Of a stretch of DNA of 64,000 nt, positions 13,243 to 53,997 are shown in pieces (position 1 is the first letter of the stretch; every line of letters starts with the position of its first letter). Source of the DNA: Octopus vulgaris. Its lineage: Eukaryota. Under the pieces are notes generated by a model. The model ran no database searches and was not told where the DNA came from. It saw only the letters and a program-made list of their open reading frames with translations. The position numbers and the translations under genes are program-made. The stretch covers positions 98,766,001 through 98,830,000 of the forward strand of contig OX597823.1 of the NCBI GenBank assembly GCA_951406725.2, given 5' to 3'.

Positions 13243-13799
13243 AGCAAGATATTGTTGGGAAACATGTAAATGACAGAGATATATAAATCTGAAGTGAAAA
13301 AAGCCGTGTATCAGTGTGCAACAAAACATTGTTGGAGAATGGTGTGTTTGGAACGAAAGGGATGCACCTACATTCATAGATACTGAGAAAAAAAGGAGGC
13401 TGAATGTGGAGAAGGTTTGTTAGACTTTTCTCTCTATTGTTCTTGTAAAATTCAGCCAAGAGACCAGCCATTAAAGACAGTTTTATGGTTGAAATGGTCA
13501 ATAAGAACATGAAGAAAGTGATGCTAAAAATACCCGGCACAGCAGGACTCAAGCTAGTTACTCACAGAGTCAACCAAGTGGAACAAAAATGGCATCATAC
13601 CTACTGAATGCCATAGCAGTATATTATCCTCAACTGCTATATGGCCAAAAGGAGACACTCTAGAAAGAAGCTGTAAAAAGATATGAAACTGGTGAACAAA
13701 GTTATTAGTTCCTAATCAGTTTTAGCACAATTGTCTGGGGAAAAAATTAGAAATTAGAATAATTGAGACAATTTGGATTTGTTACTAGTACAGGTTACT

Positions 13800-14240
13800 A
13801 CGGATTCCCCATTTTAAATGAAACAATTAGTTCTTAGTCAAAAGTAAGTTACTACACCTAGTATTGATTTTGGAGATGATGTTTGACAGGATACCACAGC
13901 CTGTAGTCAGGTGACCCTTAAGAAAGCCAGTGTAGACAAGTGGGTTGTGGGAACTGTGCAAAACATATACAAAGATGCCATCAATAAGGTGGGAATTAGT
14001 AATGTGTTCATCAGGGTTGGTGTCCATAAGGCTCAATTCTAAGCCATTTTTGATTATTATAGTCTTCTGGACAATAGTAGAAGTTTTAAAATAAGCTATT
14101 TTTAGTCACTCCTTTTAACTGGTGACTTACTTTGTATGACCAAATCTTCCTAACATTTAGAAGAGAAATTCTAAATATGGAAGCAAAACCTACAATCAAG
14201 AGGCCTTTCAGTGTTCATAGTAAAGATCTATAATGGAAGG
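13800..14240 (+). mobile_element. Highly decayed RTE RT fragment
   Basis: Nucleotide similarity to 38300-38700 (..gatttggaga..tttgacagg..; gttggtgtccat..ggctca). Confidence 0.45.
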
Positions 14241-14867
14241 AAGGGTTTTAAGATACTTTTGGGGTAACTTCTTCTTCCATTATGATTATTCTGTTGATTC
14301 AAGGAGCTGGAAATACAAAGACTGAAGTTCTCAGGCAGAGTAAATTCAATAACCATTTATTCACAGGTGCTTTGTACAAGGGGTTTGCTTTCAGTAACCA
14401 TCTTCACTGCAGTGGTAGTTAGCTTTCTCTCCCATACACGTGAGGTTCAATAGCCTCTGGAGACAATGCGCATGCTATCACAGTGGGGCAAAAGTCTGCT
14501 TTGGGCTCCTGGTTTCGAAGTGTCTTCTCAGCATCAGCATGAGAAGAACAAGAGGGAAGATATTGTTGCCTTTTCCTCAAATAATGGTTGCAAGTGAGAT
14601 CTTGTTTGTGTCTCGCGTATGGCAATGGTTGCAGGCGAGATCACACTGTTTCAAAATAGCGCTGGCTTCTTTGTGCCTCGCTACAGACAAAAGTTTTAAT
14701 TAATTGAAAAGAAAACAAGATTTACAGCTGCTAGGGAAAAGACCACGCACAATAAGCAAAAAAAGGAGCAGGCATGATTTGTATAATGTGTATTCAATTT
14801 AAACTATGGGTGCACAAAAGACATATGAGGTTCCCTGGTAGACTGACTGAAATTGAAGACTGTAATA

Positions 14868-15100
14868 ATACCTATTTCTTTACTGCCCACAAGGGGCTAA
14901 ACACAGAGAGGACAAACAAGGACAGACAAATGGATTAAGTCGATTACATTGACCCCAGTGCATAACTGGTACTTATTTAATCGACTCCGAAAGGATAAAA
15001 GGCAAAGTCGACCTCAGCGGAATTTGAGCTCAGAACATAACAGCAGATGAAATACCTCTAAGCATTTCGCCCACCATGCTAACATTTCAGCCAGATCGCC
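14868..15100 (-). mobile_element. tRNA-derived SINE, family 1 (B-box gagttcaaattcc)
   Basis: Near-identical copies elsewhere in the window. Confidence 0.85.
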
Positions 15101-15109
15101 AACTGTAAT

Positions 15110-15775
15110 AATAGCTATGAAAGAAATTTCTTCAGTTACTACAAGAGTTATCAGAAGTTGTTGATAGTGTTTTTGATCCATAGAAGATTTAATCAGCAGT
15201 GGTAGTGAGTATCCTGAAAGTATGGTAGCCAGAGTATGAATTGTTGAGGAAAAAGTGTAGGAAGCTGTAATCTCTGGTGACAATAAATAGATTCTCTGTG
15301 GGTGAAGAATAGGTTGTGTACAAATTGCAATACTGGATGATAAATAGATATTGAATGAATGGGATGTGTAAAAGCTGGTGAGAAATAAAATGAAAATGTT
15401 CTGTTGGATGTGCAATGTTAGTGTAGTAAAGCATTGAGAAAAATTGGATATAAAAGAAATCAGAAGTAGTTAGCAAGAGAGAAGATTCTGCTGGCACTGA
15501 CATGCAATGTCTACTGGTGCTGACAGGTAATGGATGAAGGCAGTGGGTAAAGAAGTGCCAAGTTATCCATGTGAAGCCTAACTGTAGGAGTGGAAGACCA
15601 TGTAAGTTGAGTAGCAGTGGTGAAGACTGATCTCGAACAACCGATTTTTACAAAGAAATGCAATAAATGTGAAGATGCTGTGTTTGAGTGGATCCATCTT
15701 AGTCATGAAAGCATGGAAAAAAGATATAAAACTTTGAAGGTGATATTGTTGGTGTTGATGGTGATAATGATGATG
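15110..15775 (+). mobile_element. Decayed RTE C-terminal and 3' fragment
   Basis: Similarity to 51200-51800; ends in gcatggaaaa..gatgatgat. Confidence 0.45.
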
Positions 15776-16024
15776 AATTGAAATAACATACATGTTTATT
15801 AATGAATATATATTATGTAACTGCTATTGTGCTCTAACAAAGCTGAAGTGTATTTATTTATATGTAACACATCATGGTTGTTAAATATGAAAGTTTAAAT
15901 ATTGACATAATTACATCATGGAATAATTAGTTTAATTATTTAAAAGTACACTAATGACTGGTTAAATTGGCTTTTCATTAGTCTATTAATAGCTCTGTTG
16001 ATTATGAAGAGTTAAAAACTTTTG

Positions 16025-45326
<29,302 letters not shown>

Positions 45327-45489
45327 GAGTTCACAAAGTTTAAGTGTTGCATGAAGGGTTTTCTGAAAGTTTTTGGCTTGGACAACAACAGCAATTTTAA
45401 TCGAATTCAAGCAGGACCTGATATGAGGAACTTGTTATTTAACATGTGCTGACAAGTGTAACCATGGTAATTGTACAATGTAATCAAAT

Positions 45490-45504
45490 ATCAGCTGATA
45501 TCAG
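45490..45504 (-). promoter_or_regulatory. Conserved upstream motif CTGATATCAGCTGAT (GATA-like palindrome plus E-box), gene A
   Basis: The identical 15-mer lies upstream of both paralogs in gene orientation. Confidence 0.45.
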
Positions 45505-46066
45505 AATGATTTGAGATTTGTTGAACTCTAGGAACAAAGGAATTGTTGAACTTTGGAGCAAATGAATGAGTTCACTGCTGGTAATCTGTTGGTTGCATGT
45601 GGGCTGCATTGTTTCTAGCAGCAATTTGTTAGAGAGAATGACAGTTTAGAAATCTCAAAACTACACAGCTGTATCATTAATTTAGACACAGTATGATAAA
45701 GGTGCATTTCAAATTATGAAAATATAGGCTTATAGCATCGGTTTTCTTCTCTTTTTTAAAACAATTTTACTTTTTTTCTTTTTTTAATACCTCATGAATG
45801 GTTCTAGTTCTCTTAATGCCACCACTGGCAGAAGTTTGGATCAATGTCACACATTTCCTTCATCCTGTTCTATCTGTATTCATCAATTACAATGGCTTTC
45901 ACATTTTCTCCATACGTGCTTAATCCTTAGAACAGATTTATACATCGTTATCATTCTTTCAGTTGCTGTACTCTTAGCATATGTAATGAAATTACATTGT
46001 TCTTGTCACTCTCAGTATTACACTAAAAAAAACATGTCTGAAACAGCTGTAGGGAACCTCAGCTCA

Positions 46067-47447
46067 TTTGTGTTATTATTTATACTACCCCACACTCAGA
46101 ACCTTCCCTGTGTTGGATCTTGAACCAGAGTATACCCTTGTGTGATTTTACATATACATTGAGTGTATTTGGTCTATATGTGTAGATGTATGCGTAACTG
46201 GAAGGACAAATCTAGTAAGCATGTGAGTGTCCATACTCACTGTTGATACACAGGTATGTTGTTCTGGACTCTACCTTTCTCAAACTATAGTTATCTTCTC
46301 ATAAAATTATTGTGAAGGATGTCTTAAATAGTTCTAATAATTTAGTAACATGTAACAATTGTACATTGTAAAAGACATTTATTTCAAAGCATTATATATC
46401 ATGGTTATGGTATTGAGTACACTATCAAAAAATTATGGGCTCGATTCCTAGGTCAGGGTAGCATATTGCACCCTTGGATAAGGTACTTCATTTCATATTT
46501 CTCCAGTCTACTCAACTGAAAAGGAGCACCAGCTGGCTGCTGGCACAGCCATTTTCCCTCCATGTCTCCCATTTTCAGTTCCTGATATTCTATTCAGTCA
46601 AAGGTACTGGAGCTAAGAGGACACTTACATCTGCTTGTGACTACATAGCTAAAACAGATGACCAAAACAAAAGCTTGGCACATGCTACTGTGTCATACTT
46701 GCTTGCAAGTGACATCTATGGCTTTTAATATATATGCAGCATCGAGCGTGATCGTTACCAACGTTGCCTTACTGGCACCTGTGCCGGTGGCATGTGTAAA
46801 AAGATTCAAGCAAGGTCATTGCCAGTACTGCCTGACTGACCCCCCATGCCGGTGGCATGTAAAAAGCACCTACTACACTCTCGGAGTGGTTAGCGTTAGG
46901 AAGGGCATCCAGCTGTAGAAACTCTGCCAGATCAAGATTGGAGCCTGGTGCAGCCATCTGGTTCGCCAGTCCTCAGTCAAAATCGTCCAACCCATGCTAG
47001 CATGGAAAGCGGATGATAAACGATGATGATGATGATGATGATGATGATGTAGCATCATCATTAAATGTACATGTTTCATTCTGACATGAGTTGGATGATT
47101 GGATAGGATTTGATGAACCCAAAGACTGCATTGTTCTCCAGTGCCTGCTTTGGTTTGGTTTTTTTACAACTGAACGACTTTCCTAACACCAGTCACTTTA
47201 CATGTGTACTAAGCATATTTCCCATGCTACCTAGTGAGGTCCCCATGCAGTTTGTGTTATTATTTATACTACACCACACTCAGAACCTTCCCTGCGTTGG
47301 ATCTTGAACCAGAGTATACCCTTGTGTGATTTTACATATACATTGAGTGTATTTGGTCTATGCGTAACTGGAAGGACAAATCTAGTAAGCATGTGAGTGT
47401 CCATACTCACTGTTGATACACAGGTACGTTGTTCTGGACTCTACCTT
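46067..47447 (+). repeat. Direct duplication of about 200 bp (46067-46277 and 47251-47447)
   Basis: Near-identical, with a 14-bp indel. Confidence 0.88.
46740..47048 (+). mobile_element. RTE 3' tail copy
   Basis: Tail motif plus (GAT)n. Confidence 0.8.
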
Positions 47448-47726
47448 GGTTCCTTATTATCAAAACATTTCGATTCTATTGGATTCTGCAAACAATTGTG
47501 TGAGTGTGTGTGCACCAACAATTAACACCAAGATGCACCCAAAACAGTGTGCAATGGATTTAGCCAAAACATGTGTCAGTCCAAGGAAAGAATGTTGCAA
47601 ATAACTGTATAATAAAACATGGATGTGTAAATCTCCATTCTCTTGATCTTTATTAATTTTAAGGTGGCGCTCCAGCATGGCCGCAGTCAAACGGCTGAAA
47701 CAAGTAATAGTATATAAAAGAATATA

Positions 47727-47893
47727 GGTGCAGGCATGGGTGTGTGGTAAGTAGCTTGCTTACCAATCACATGGTTCTGGGTTCTCATTGTACTGCATGG
47801 CACCTTAGGCAAGTGTCTCCTACTATAGCTTCAGGCTGACTAAAGCCTTGTGAGTGGATTTGGTAGATGGAAACCAAAATAGCCTGTCGTGTA
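47727..47893 (+). mobile_element. tRNA-derived SINE, family 3 (other copies: 56443-56610 +, 44785-44935 -, 21545-21715 -)
   Basis: tgtggtaag..cttgct..caaccacatggttctgggttc..ggcaccttaggcaagtgtc..aaagccttgtgagtggatttgg. Confidence 0.7.
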
Positions 47894-47904
47894 TATATAT
47901 ATAT

Positions 47905-48527
47905 AGTTGAAATTTGCAGAAAGCAAGATGAAGACAGGTGTATAAACAGTTTGATGTTCGAGGAGGTGAGAAAGCCTTTTACGTTTCGAGCCTACGCTCT
48001 TCAGCAGAAAGGAACACAAAGAAATAAACAGAGAGAATAAAAAGAAACATGTGGATTTAGCAGTCAAACATGGTGACTGGTTGGACAAAGGTAGTTGGAC
48101 AGGAGAGCTAGGAAGAAGGGGAGATAATAAAGTACTGGTGATCACAAAACGTAAGTGCACGTGCGTGTGTGTATGTGGGATGTGTATGTGCGTGTGGATA
48201 GGAGCTGGTGACTTTGACGTGTGAATATGTGCATGTGTCAGTGTGTGCGTCTCTAATGTGTGGGTGTGTGGATGATAGTGTGGGTGCTGGGAAGTGGTCA
48301 GTACTAGCGTGTACGGAGTGGCATAGAGTGGTGTGATGTGGTGTGGTGGAGTGTGGTGTAGCGGTGTTGGGGTGTGATGATGTGAAGGTGGGGTAGGGGC
48401 TTAGGGTGAGGATATGGGGTGGGGGTGGGGTGAGGATGTGGGGTGGGTGAGGATGTGGTGTGGGATGAGGATGTGGGCTTAAGGGGTGGGGTATGTGGGA
48501 GTGGGATGTACGGGGATGGGGTGTGGA
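47905..48527 (-). mobile_element. Penelope-like 3' fragment flanked by (TA)n, with a hammerhead-like motif at 47976-48011
   Basis: Minus strand CTTT-CTGCTGA-a-GAGC gtag GCTC-GAAA-CG-TA-AAAG; same family as 59502-59667. Confidence 0.6.
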
Positions 48528-48589
48528 TATATATATATATATATATTAATATGAAAAATTCAAATTCAAATTCAAACCCCGGACATGTT

Positions 48590-49110
48590 CAAATGTCTAA
48601 TTTTTCTTCAAGGGTCAACTGCAAGCAACGATATCAACAAAATTAGAACAGGACCAAAAATTAACTTCACAAGCAGCAGCAGAAGAATGCCAGAGAGTTA
48701 TAAATCTAAAACATAACGCAAAATAAAATTGAATAAAAAGACTGCCTTCATATTCATCCAGTAACGGATAAGAAAAAAGAGAAAAATATGTCAAGACTGA
48801 ATCCATGTGGTGGTCTACATTTTAAAAGTAATTGTCTGTTTAAAAATATAAAATGCTTCGAGTGTGGTAAGATAGGTCATTAAAAAAATCACTAGATGAA
48901 AAGAAATTTCGAAAATGGCACGTGGTTTTCCAGGAAAAAAAATGCATTTTAACGGTGAAATGTTAAGTGACATTACATTTGGTGGAAAAACTTTAAAAGC
49001 TAAAGTTTTTGTGTTGAATAATACATCAAATTTATTCGGAACAGACTGGATGGAATTATTTATCTTATGAGACCTCCCTACAAACCTTTTCTGTAAAATA
49101 TTGGACCAGC
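48590..49110 (+). mobile_element. Ty3/Gypsy gag-protease remnant
   Basis: KLEQDQKLTSQAAAEECQR, zinc knuckle KCFECGKIGH, protease-end NLFGTDWMEL. Confidence 0.6.
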
Positions 49111-49249
49111 AAAAGGCCACAGTTATGCAGATGCAACTGGCAGAAGAGTGGACGTGGGTGCTTTGGAGTTTTGCGAGGTAAAGATAGAACCCAAAATGCT
49201 AAAAGAATGCGGCAAGTTACTGGGAAAAGAAGGCCATAATCTAAAATTG

Positions 49250-51180
49250 ACGCCACCAGACAAACTAACGGAGTATGGAAGAGAACACTGATATATTATA
49301 CACTGAAAGTGTCATCACCAAAAATAGAAATAGCAACTATAGAAGATATTGAAAAGTGCCTAAAAGAAGTGAAAAAAATTCACCACTTTCATAAGAAAAG
49401 GAAGGAGGTATGGCACAGTGGAGGTGCGATTGGCAACCAATATGAAGTGATAAAGCACTCCACTGAAGCCATAAAGACAGAAGAGTGAGTACATTTGGCA
49501 ACATACTGGGCAAGCGTGTTCCCAGAGTGAGAGTGGGAAAAGTACCACCGGAATTAAATGAAACATGGTTAATTGCAGCAATTATGTTCAACATGGAGGA
49601 AGATGCATAAATACTGAGAGTGACAAGAACAATGTAATTTCATTACATATGCTAAGAGCACAGCAACTGAAAGAATGATAACGATGTATTAATCTGTTCT
49701 AAGGGTTAAGCTACCTACAGACACGTATAGAGAAAATGTGAAAGCCATTGTAATTGATGAATACAGATAGAACAGGATGAAGGAAATGTGTGACATTGAT
49801 CCGAACTTCTGCCAGTGGTGGCATTAAGAGAACTAGAACCATTCATGGGGTATTAAAAAAAGAAAAAAGTAAAATTGTTTTAAAAAAGAGAAGAAAACCG
49901 ATGCTAATGGAGAAAAAAACAGGGGTATAAAAAGATTGTAAACTATGAGTAAATACGTTCAAATGCTACTGCATAAGAGTGGAGCTCAATGCAGCAATTT
50001 CATCAATCATTTATTGGTGTGAGCGGTTGTGTTTTTGCTTTGCTGCAGTTTTTTTTAATGTAAAACCACCATTGTTTGGTGGTAGTAAATAATTGTGAAG
50101 AATGAGAAGTCATGCAGAAGCTACTGGAGGTCAAGTACCCGTTGACCCATGTGTGTTGAAACAGGAGATGTTGCAGTGAGAGTACAGTAATATGGTAAAG
50201 AAGGAGGGGTCAAATATAAAACTGACCCTGCCAGAGGAGGAAAAACTGAATATGGAAAAGAAGACAGTAATATTCAGAACATATTCAAATAAAAGCAGAA
50301 TTGAAAACGCGCTGCAGGAAGAAATAGAAGATATTTTGGAAAGACATATAGGAGACAACATAGCGTTCTTTACGAGAGGAAAGAGATGTGCGTCTATAGT
50401 GGTATCCTTTGTATGAGAGGAAGAGACGGGAAAATCCTCCATGAGAATGATACAAGGAGAGAAATGGACATTGTTGCAAAACTGTTTGGATAAACGAATT
50501 GTTAGAATTAGAGTGGGAAGAATCCCACTGTGGATAGAACCACAGTGGATAATAGTGGCGATTTTTTTCCAGAGATTAGGAGGGAAATGGCGAAGAGGTG
50601 AGGATGGGCATGATAAGCTGGACACAACAAGTGAAGTGTTGGGGCTACGGAATAGAGGTAATTTGTGCAATGAGCCAGAAATATTATGAAGGATTACATG
50701 AAAATTTAGAGCTACCAAATGAAGTAAAGCTGCAGATAATGTTGGAGGGGTGGCCCCAAAGTGTCTCGGATGTGGTGAAAGAGGGCACTTCAGAAAGAAA
50801 TGCCCTAGAGCAGCAGTGGAAATCGTAGAGGTGAGTATTCAGGAGAATATAATGGTGGAGAAACAGCAGAATCAGGTAACAGAACAAGTTGGTGATTTTG
50901 TGGAAGTGAAATCAAGAAAAAGAGAGAGAAGGAGGTCACTAACGATAATGGAACAGAAAAATACAAAGCCATGGAAGAAGAAGTAGTCCAACCTACAACG
51001 AGAAGCAGGAAAAGTTCGCCAGTAGGATCACCAGTGAAAAATGCTACAGATAAGGATTCATTACCGAGCAAAAGCAAAGACTTGCAAGTTCATAAACAGT
51101 CAGAACCACAGACACACAAACACACATAGTTTTTGTATGTGGCAGATGCTCAGGAGCAATAAACATTGAAAATGCGCAGA
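49250..51180 (+). mobile_element. Two decayed L1/Tx1-like ORF1 remnants
   Basis: RVRVGKVPP / RIRVGRIP segments and CCHC knuckle PKCLGCGERGHFRKKCP; stops and frameshifts. Confidence 0.55.
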
Positions 51181-51196
51181 GACCAACTTCCGCCAC

Positions 51197-52332
51197 ATTC
51201 CAGGGAGAAAAACTAGAAACTGTTGATAGCTTCCGTTACCTAGGTGACCAAGTCAGTAGTGGGGGTGGGTGTGATGAAAGTGTAACTGCTAGAGTAAGAA
51301 TAGCTTGGGCAAAGTTCAGAGAGCTCTTACATCTGCTGGTGACAAAAGGCCTCTCGCTCAGAATAAAAGGCAGATTGTATGACGCATGCGTACAAACAGC
51401 CATGCTACATGGCAGTGAAACATGGGCCGTGACTGTTGAGGATATGCGTAAGCTCGCAAGAAATGAAGCCAGTATGCTCCGATGGATGTGTAATGTCAGT
51501 GTTCATACTCGACAGAGTGTAAGTACCTGGAGAGAAAAGTTGGACCTAAGAAGCATCAGTTGTGGTGTGCAAGAGAGACGTTTGCGCTAGTATGGTCATG
51601 TAGCGAGAATGGATGAAGATAGTTGTGTGAAAAAGTGCCACACCCTAGTGGTTGAGGAAACCTGTGGAAGAGGTAGACCCAGGGAAACCTGGGACGAGGT
51701 GGTGAAGCACAACCTTCGAACTTTAGGTCTCACCGAGGAAATGACCAGAGACCGAGACCTTTGGAAGTATGCTGTGTGTGGACAAGTGAGACCATAACCC
51801 ATGGCCTCTATCTGGGATGTAGCCAGTCCACTTATGCATACCATTCCTACTTGTGACACAAAACTCTACTTGTGAAGACCTGTTGAGGCAAATGAAAATC
51901 GAAATCGATCAACATCAATGGAAATTGTAGCTGTGATACCAGTGCCGGTGGCACGTAAGAGAACCATCCAAACGTGGCTGTTGCCAGCGCCGCCCCGACT
52001 GGCCTCGTGCCGATGGCACGTAAAAAGCACCATCCGATCATGGCCGTTGCCAGCCTCATCTGGCCCCCACGCCGGTGGCACGTAAAAAGCACTATCCGAT
52101 TATGGCCGTTTGCCAGCCTCATCTGACACCTGTGCCGGTGACTCGTAAAAACCACCCACTACACTCACAGAGTGGTTGGCATTAGGAAGGGCATCCAGCT
52201 GTAGAAACACTGCCAGATCAGACTGGGCCTGGCACAGCCTTCTGGCTTCCCTGACCCCAGTTGAACCGTCCAACCCATGCTAGCATGGAAAGCAGACATT
52301 AAACGATGATGATGATGATGATGATGATGATG
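51197..52332 (+). mobile_element. RTE LINE, 5'-truncated
   Basis: DSFRYLGD...MLHGSETW...RGRPRETW, UTR repeats, (GAT)n tail. Confidence 0.9.
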
Positions 52333-52334
52333 AA

Positions 52335-53536
52335 TTCAGGATTGGAATATGTACTGATAGGACACCATCTGTGATAGGCTCTATTAAAAGTTTTGTATCT
52401 CTCGTGCAACAGCAAAATCCTAATGTTATACGTACCCATTGCTTCCTACATAGGGAGGTACTAGTTTCAAAAGCAATACCAATTGAGTTAAAACAAGTAT
52501 TAAACCAAGTTGTTGAAATGGTTAATTATATTAAAAGTAGGCCGTTGAAGTGTTGCTTATTTGAACAAATTTGTGTTGATATGGATTCCCAGCACAAGCG
52601 CTTACTTTTACACGCAAAAGTAGATGGCTCTCAAAAGGTAAGGTGCTACGTCGCATACATGAACTCTAGAAGGAATTGCATGCATTTTTTAAAGTAGAAA
52701 AACCTGACCACTTCTTGGAATATCTGCAATGTGATTTTGGGGTTTCCAAGCTGGAATATTTAAGAGATATTTGCACAACTTAATAGCGTCAACAGAAGTA
52801 TGAAAGGTAGAAAATATTTTACTTCAACAGATAAGCTGGTTTCATTTAAAAATAAAGTTGTAAAAGATACATAAAAGACATTACTCTTAGTGTATTTGAA
52901 TATTTGACAAATCTGGGAAAAAATAATCTTTTATTTCCGTCATTGAACACAGAAGAGTATGATTGGGTTTGAAATCCATTCATAAAAATTCCATCTAATA
53001 TTGGTCTGAAACTATGCAAAGAAAAGGAATTGGCATCTATATCCAGTGATCATGGACTTAAAATCAAGTATGCTGAGTTACCTATTGATACATTTTGGAT
53101 TGCTATTATAGGAGAATACCCGTCAGTAGCAAAAAAGGCTTTATCCGTTTTGATGCAGTTTTCCACATCGTATGTATGTGAGTTGGAATTTTCAACCCTC
53201 AATAGCATCAAATCCTCCACCAAAAAATAAAAGAGAGAGAGGCTCCATTGCATCAAAGATGAAATGAGGGCTTGTCATTCTCAAATATGTCCCAATATTG
53301 AAAACGTTTCCAAAAAACATCAAGTGCATCTTTCTTATTGATAACTTTGCTTCATATATTTAATAAAGAGTAAGTACATGCAATTTTTCTGTATATTTAA
53401 TTATCTATTATATTACTTTACAGATCATGCTTTGCTAATATGTATAAAATCCCTTTTGAATAATTTTAAGAATTTATGTACATATTGCACCAAAATATTT
53501 TGACTTCTTGTAAATAAAAAAGTTTGGGAACAACTG
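52335..53536 (+). mobile_element. hAT (Buster/Charlie-type) transposon remnant with right TIR
   Basis: GICTD, THCFLHREVL, FSTSYVCELEFS; ends aaaagtttgggaacaactg (CAG..GTTCCCAAAC-type TIR). Confidence 0.85.
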
Positions 53537-53723
53537 ATTTAGATGTACTTACACCATTCGTCTACATTGCAAAATTTTCTTCATGATAAAACCCAGTGAA
53601 TGGCTTATTTACAAATTCGAAGTGACATAGTTTGGGAGATTTCGAGATTGCATTTCTCAGAGTAATGTAACTTGTAGCTGATATGAGAGTAATTTAACTC
53701 ATAGCTGACAATGTGACTTCAAC

Positions 53724-53738
53724 CTGATATCAGCTGAT
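53724..53738 (+). promoter_or_regulatory. Conserved upstream motif CTGATATCAGCTGAT, gene B
   Basis: 117-131 nt upstream of the ATG; matches gene A 45490-45504. Confidence 0.45.
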
Positions 53739-53854
53739 TAAGAGTTTTAAATATTATTGCTCATTAACCTTTCTCCCCATGTCATATATTGTTTCAACAA
53801 TATTGCTGTTAGTACCAACATTATAAATTTCAGAAAACAAACTTTTCTGTGATA

Positions 53855-53997
53855 ATGGATTATGAAGCAACTATCCAAAATATTGGAGGTTTTGGTTTCT
53901 ACCAGAAGTCAGTTCTAGGACTTATAGGTTTGTTGTACATAGGAAGTGGTATGCAAACCCTATTAAATGTGCTTATACTTTATGTTCCAGATTTCAG
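53855..53997 (+). CDS. SLC22 gene B exon 1
   Basis: MDYEATIQNIGGFGFYQK...VPDF; donor AG|GTATGA. Confidence 0.9.

Noticed and set aside
12472-13670. Alternative last exons for gene A (12532-12472 RTLEHTKLSFKKWAKKINSN*; 13670-13637 RFFLECLLLAI*)
   Set aside because: In phase with plausible acceptors, but more distant than 16100-16025 and without support; they cannot be excluded without transcripts.
14292-14686. Possible solo LTR (TG...CA, higher GC, minus-strand AATAAA)
   Set aside because: No TSD, second copy or PBS found.
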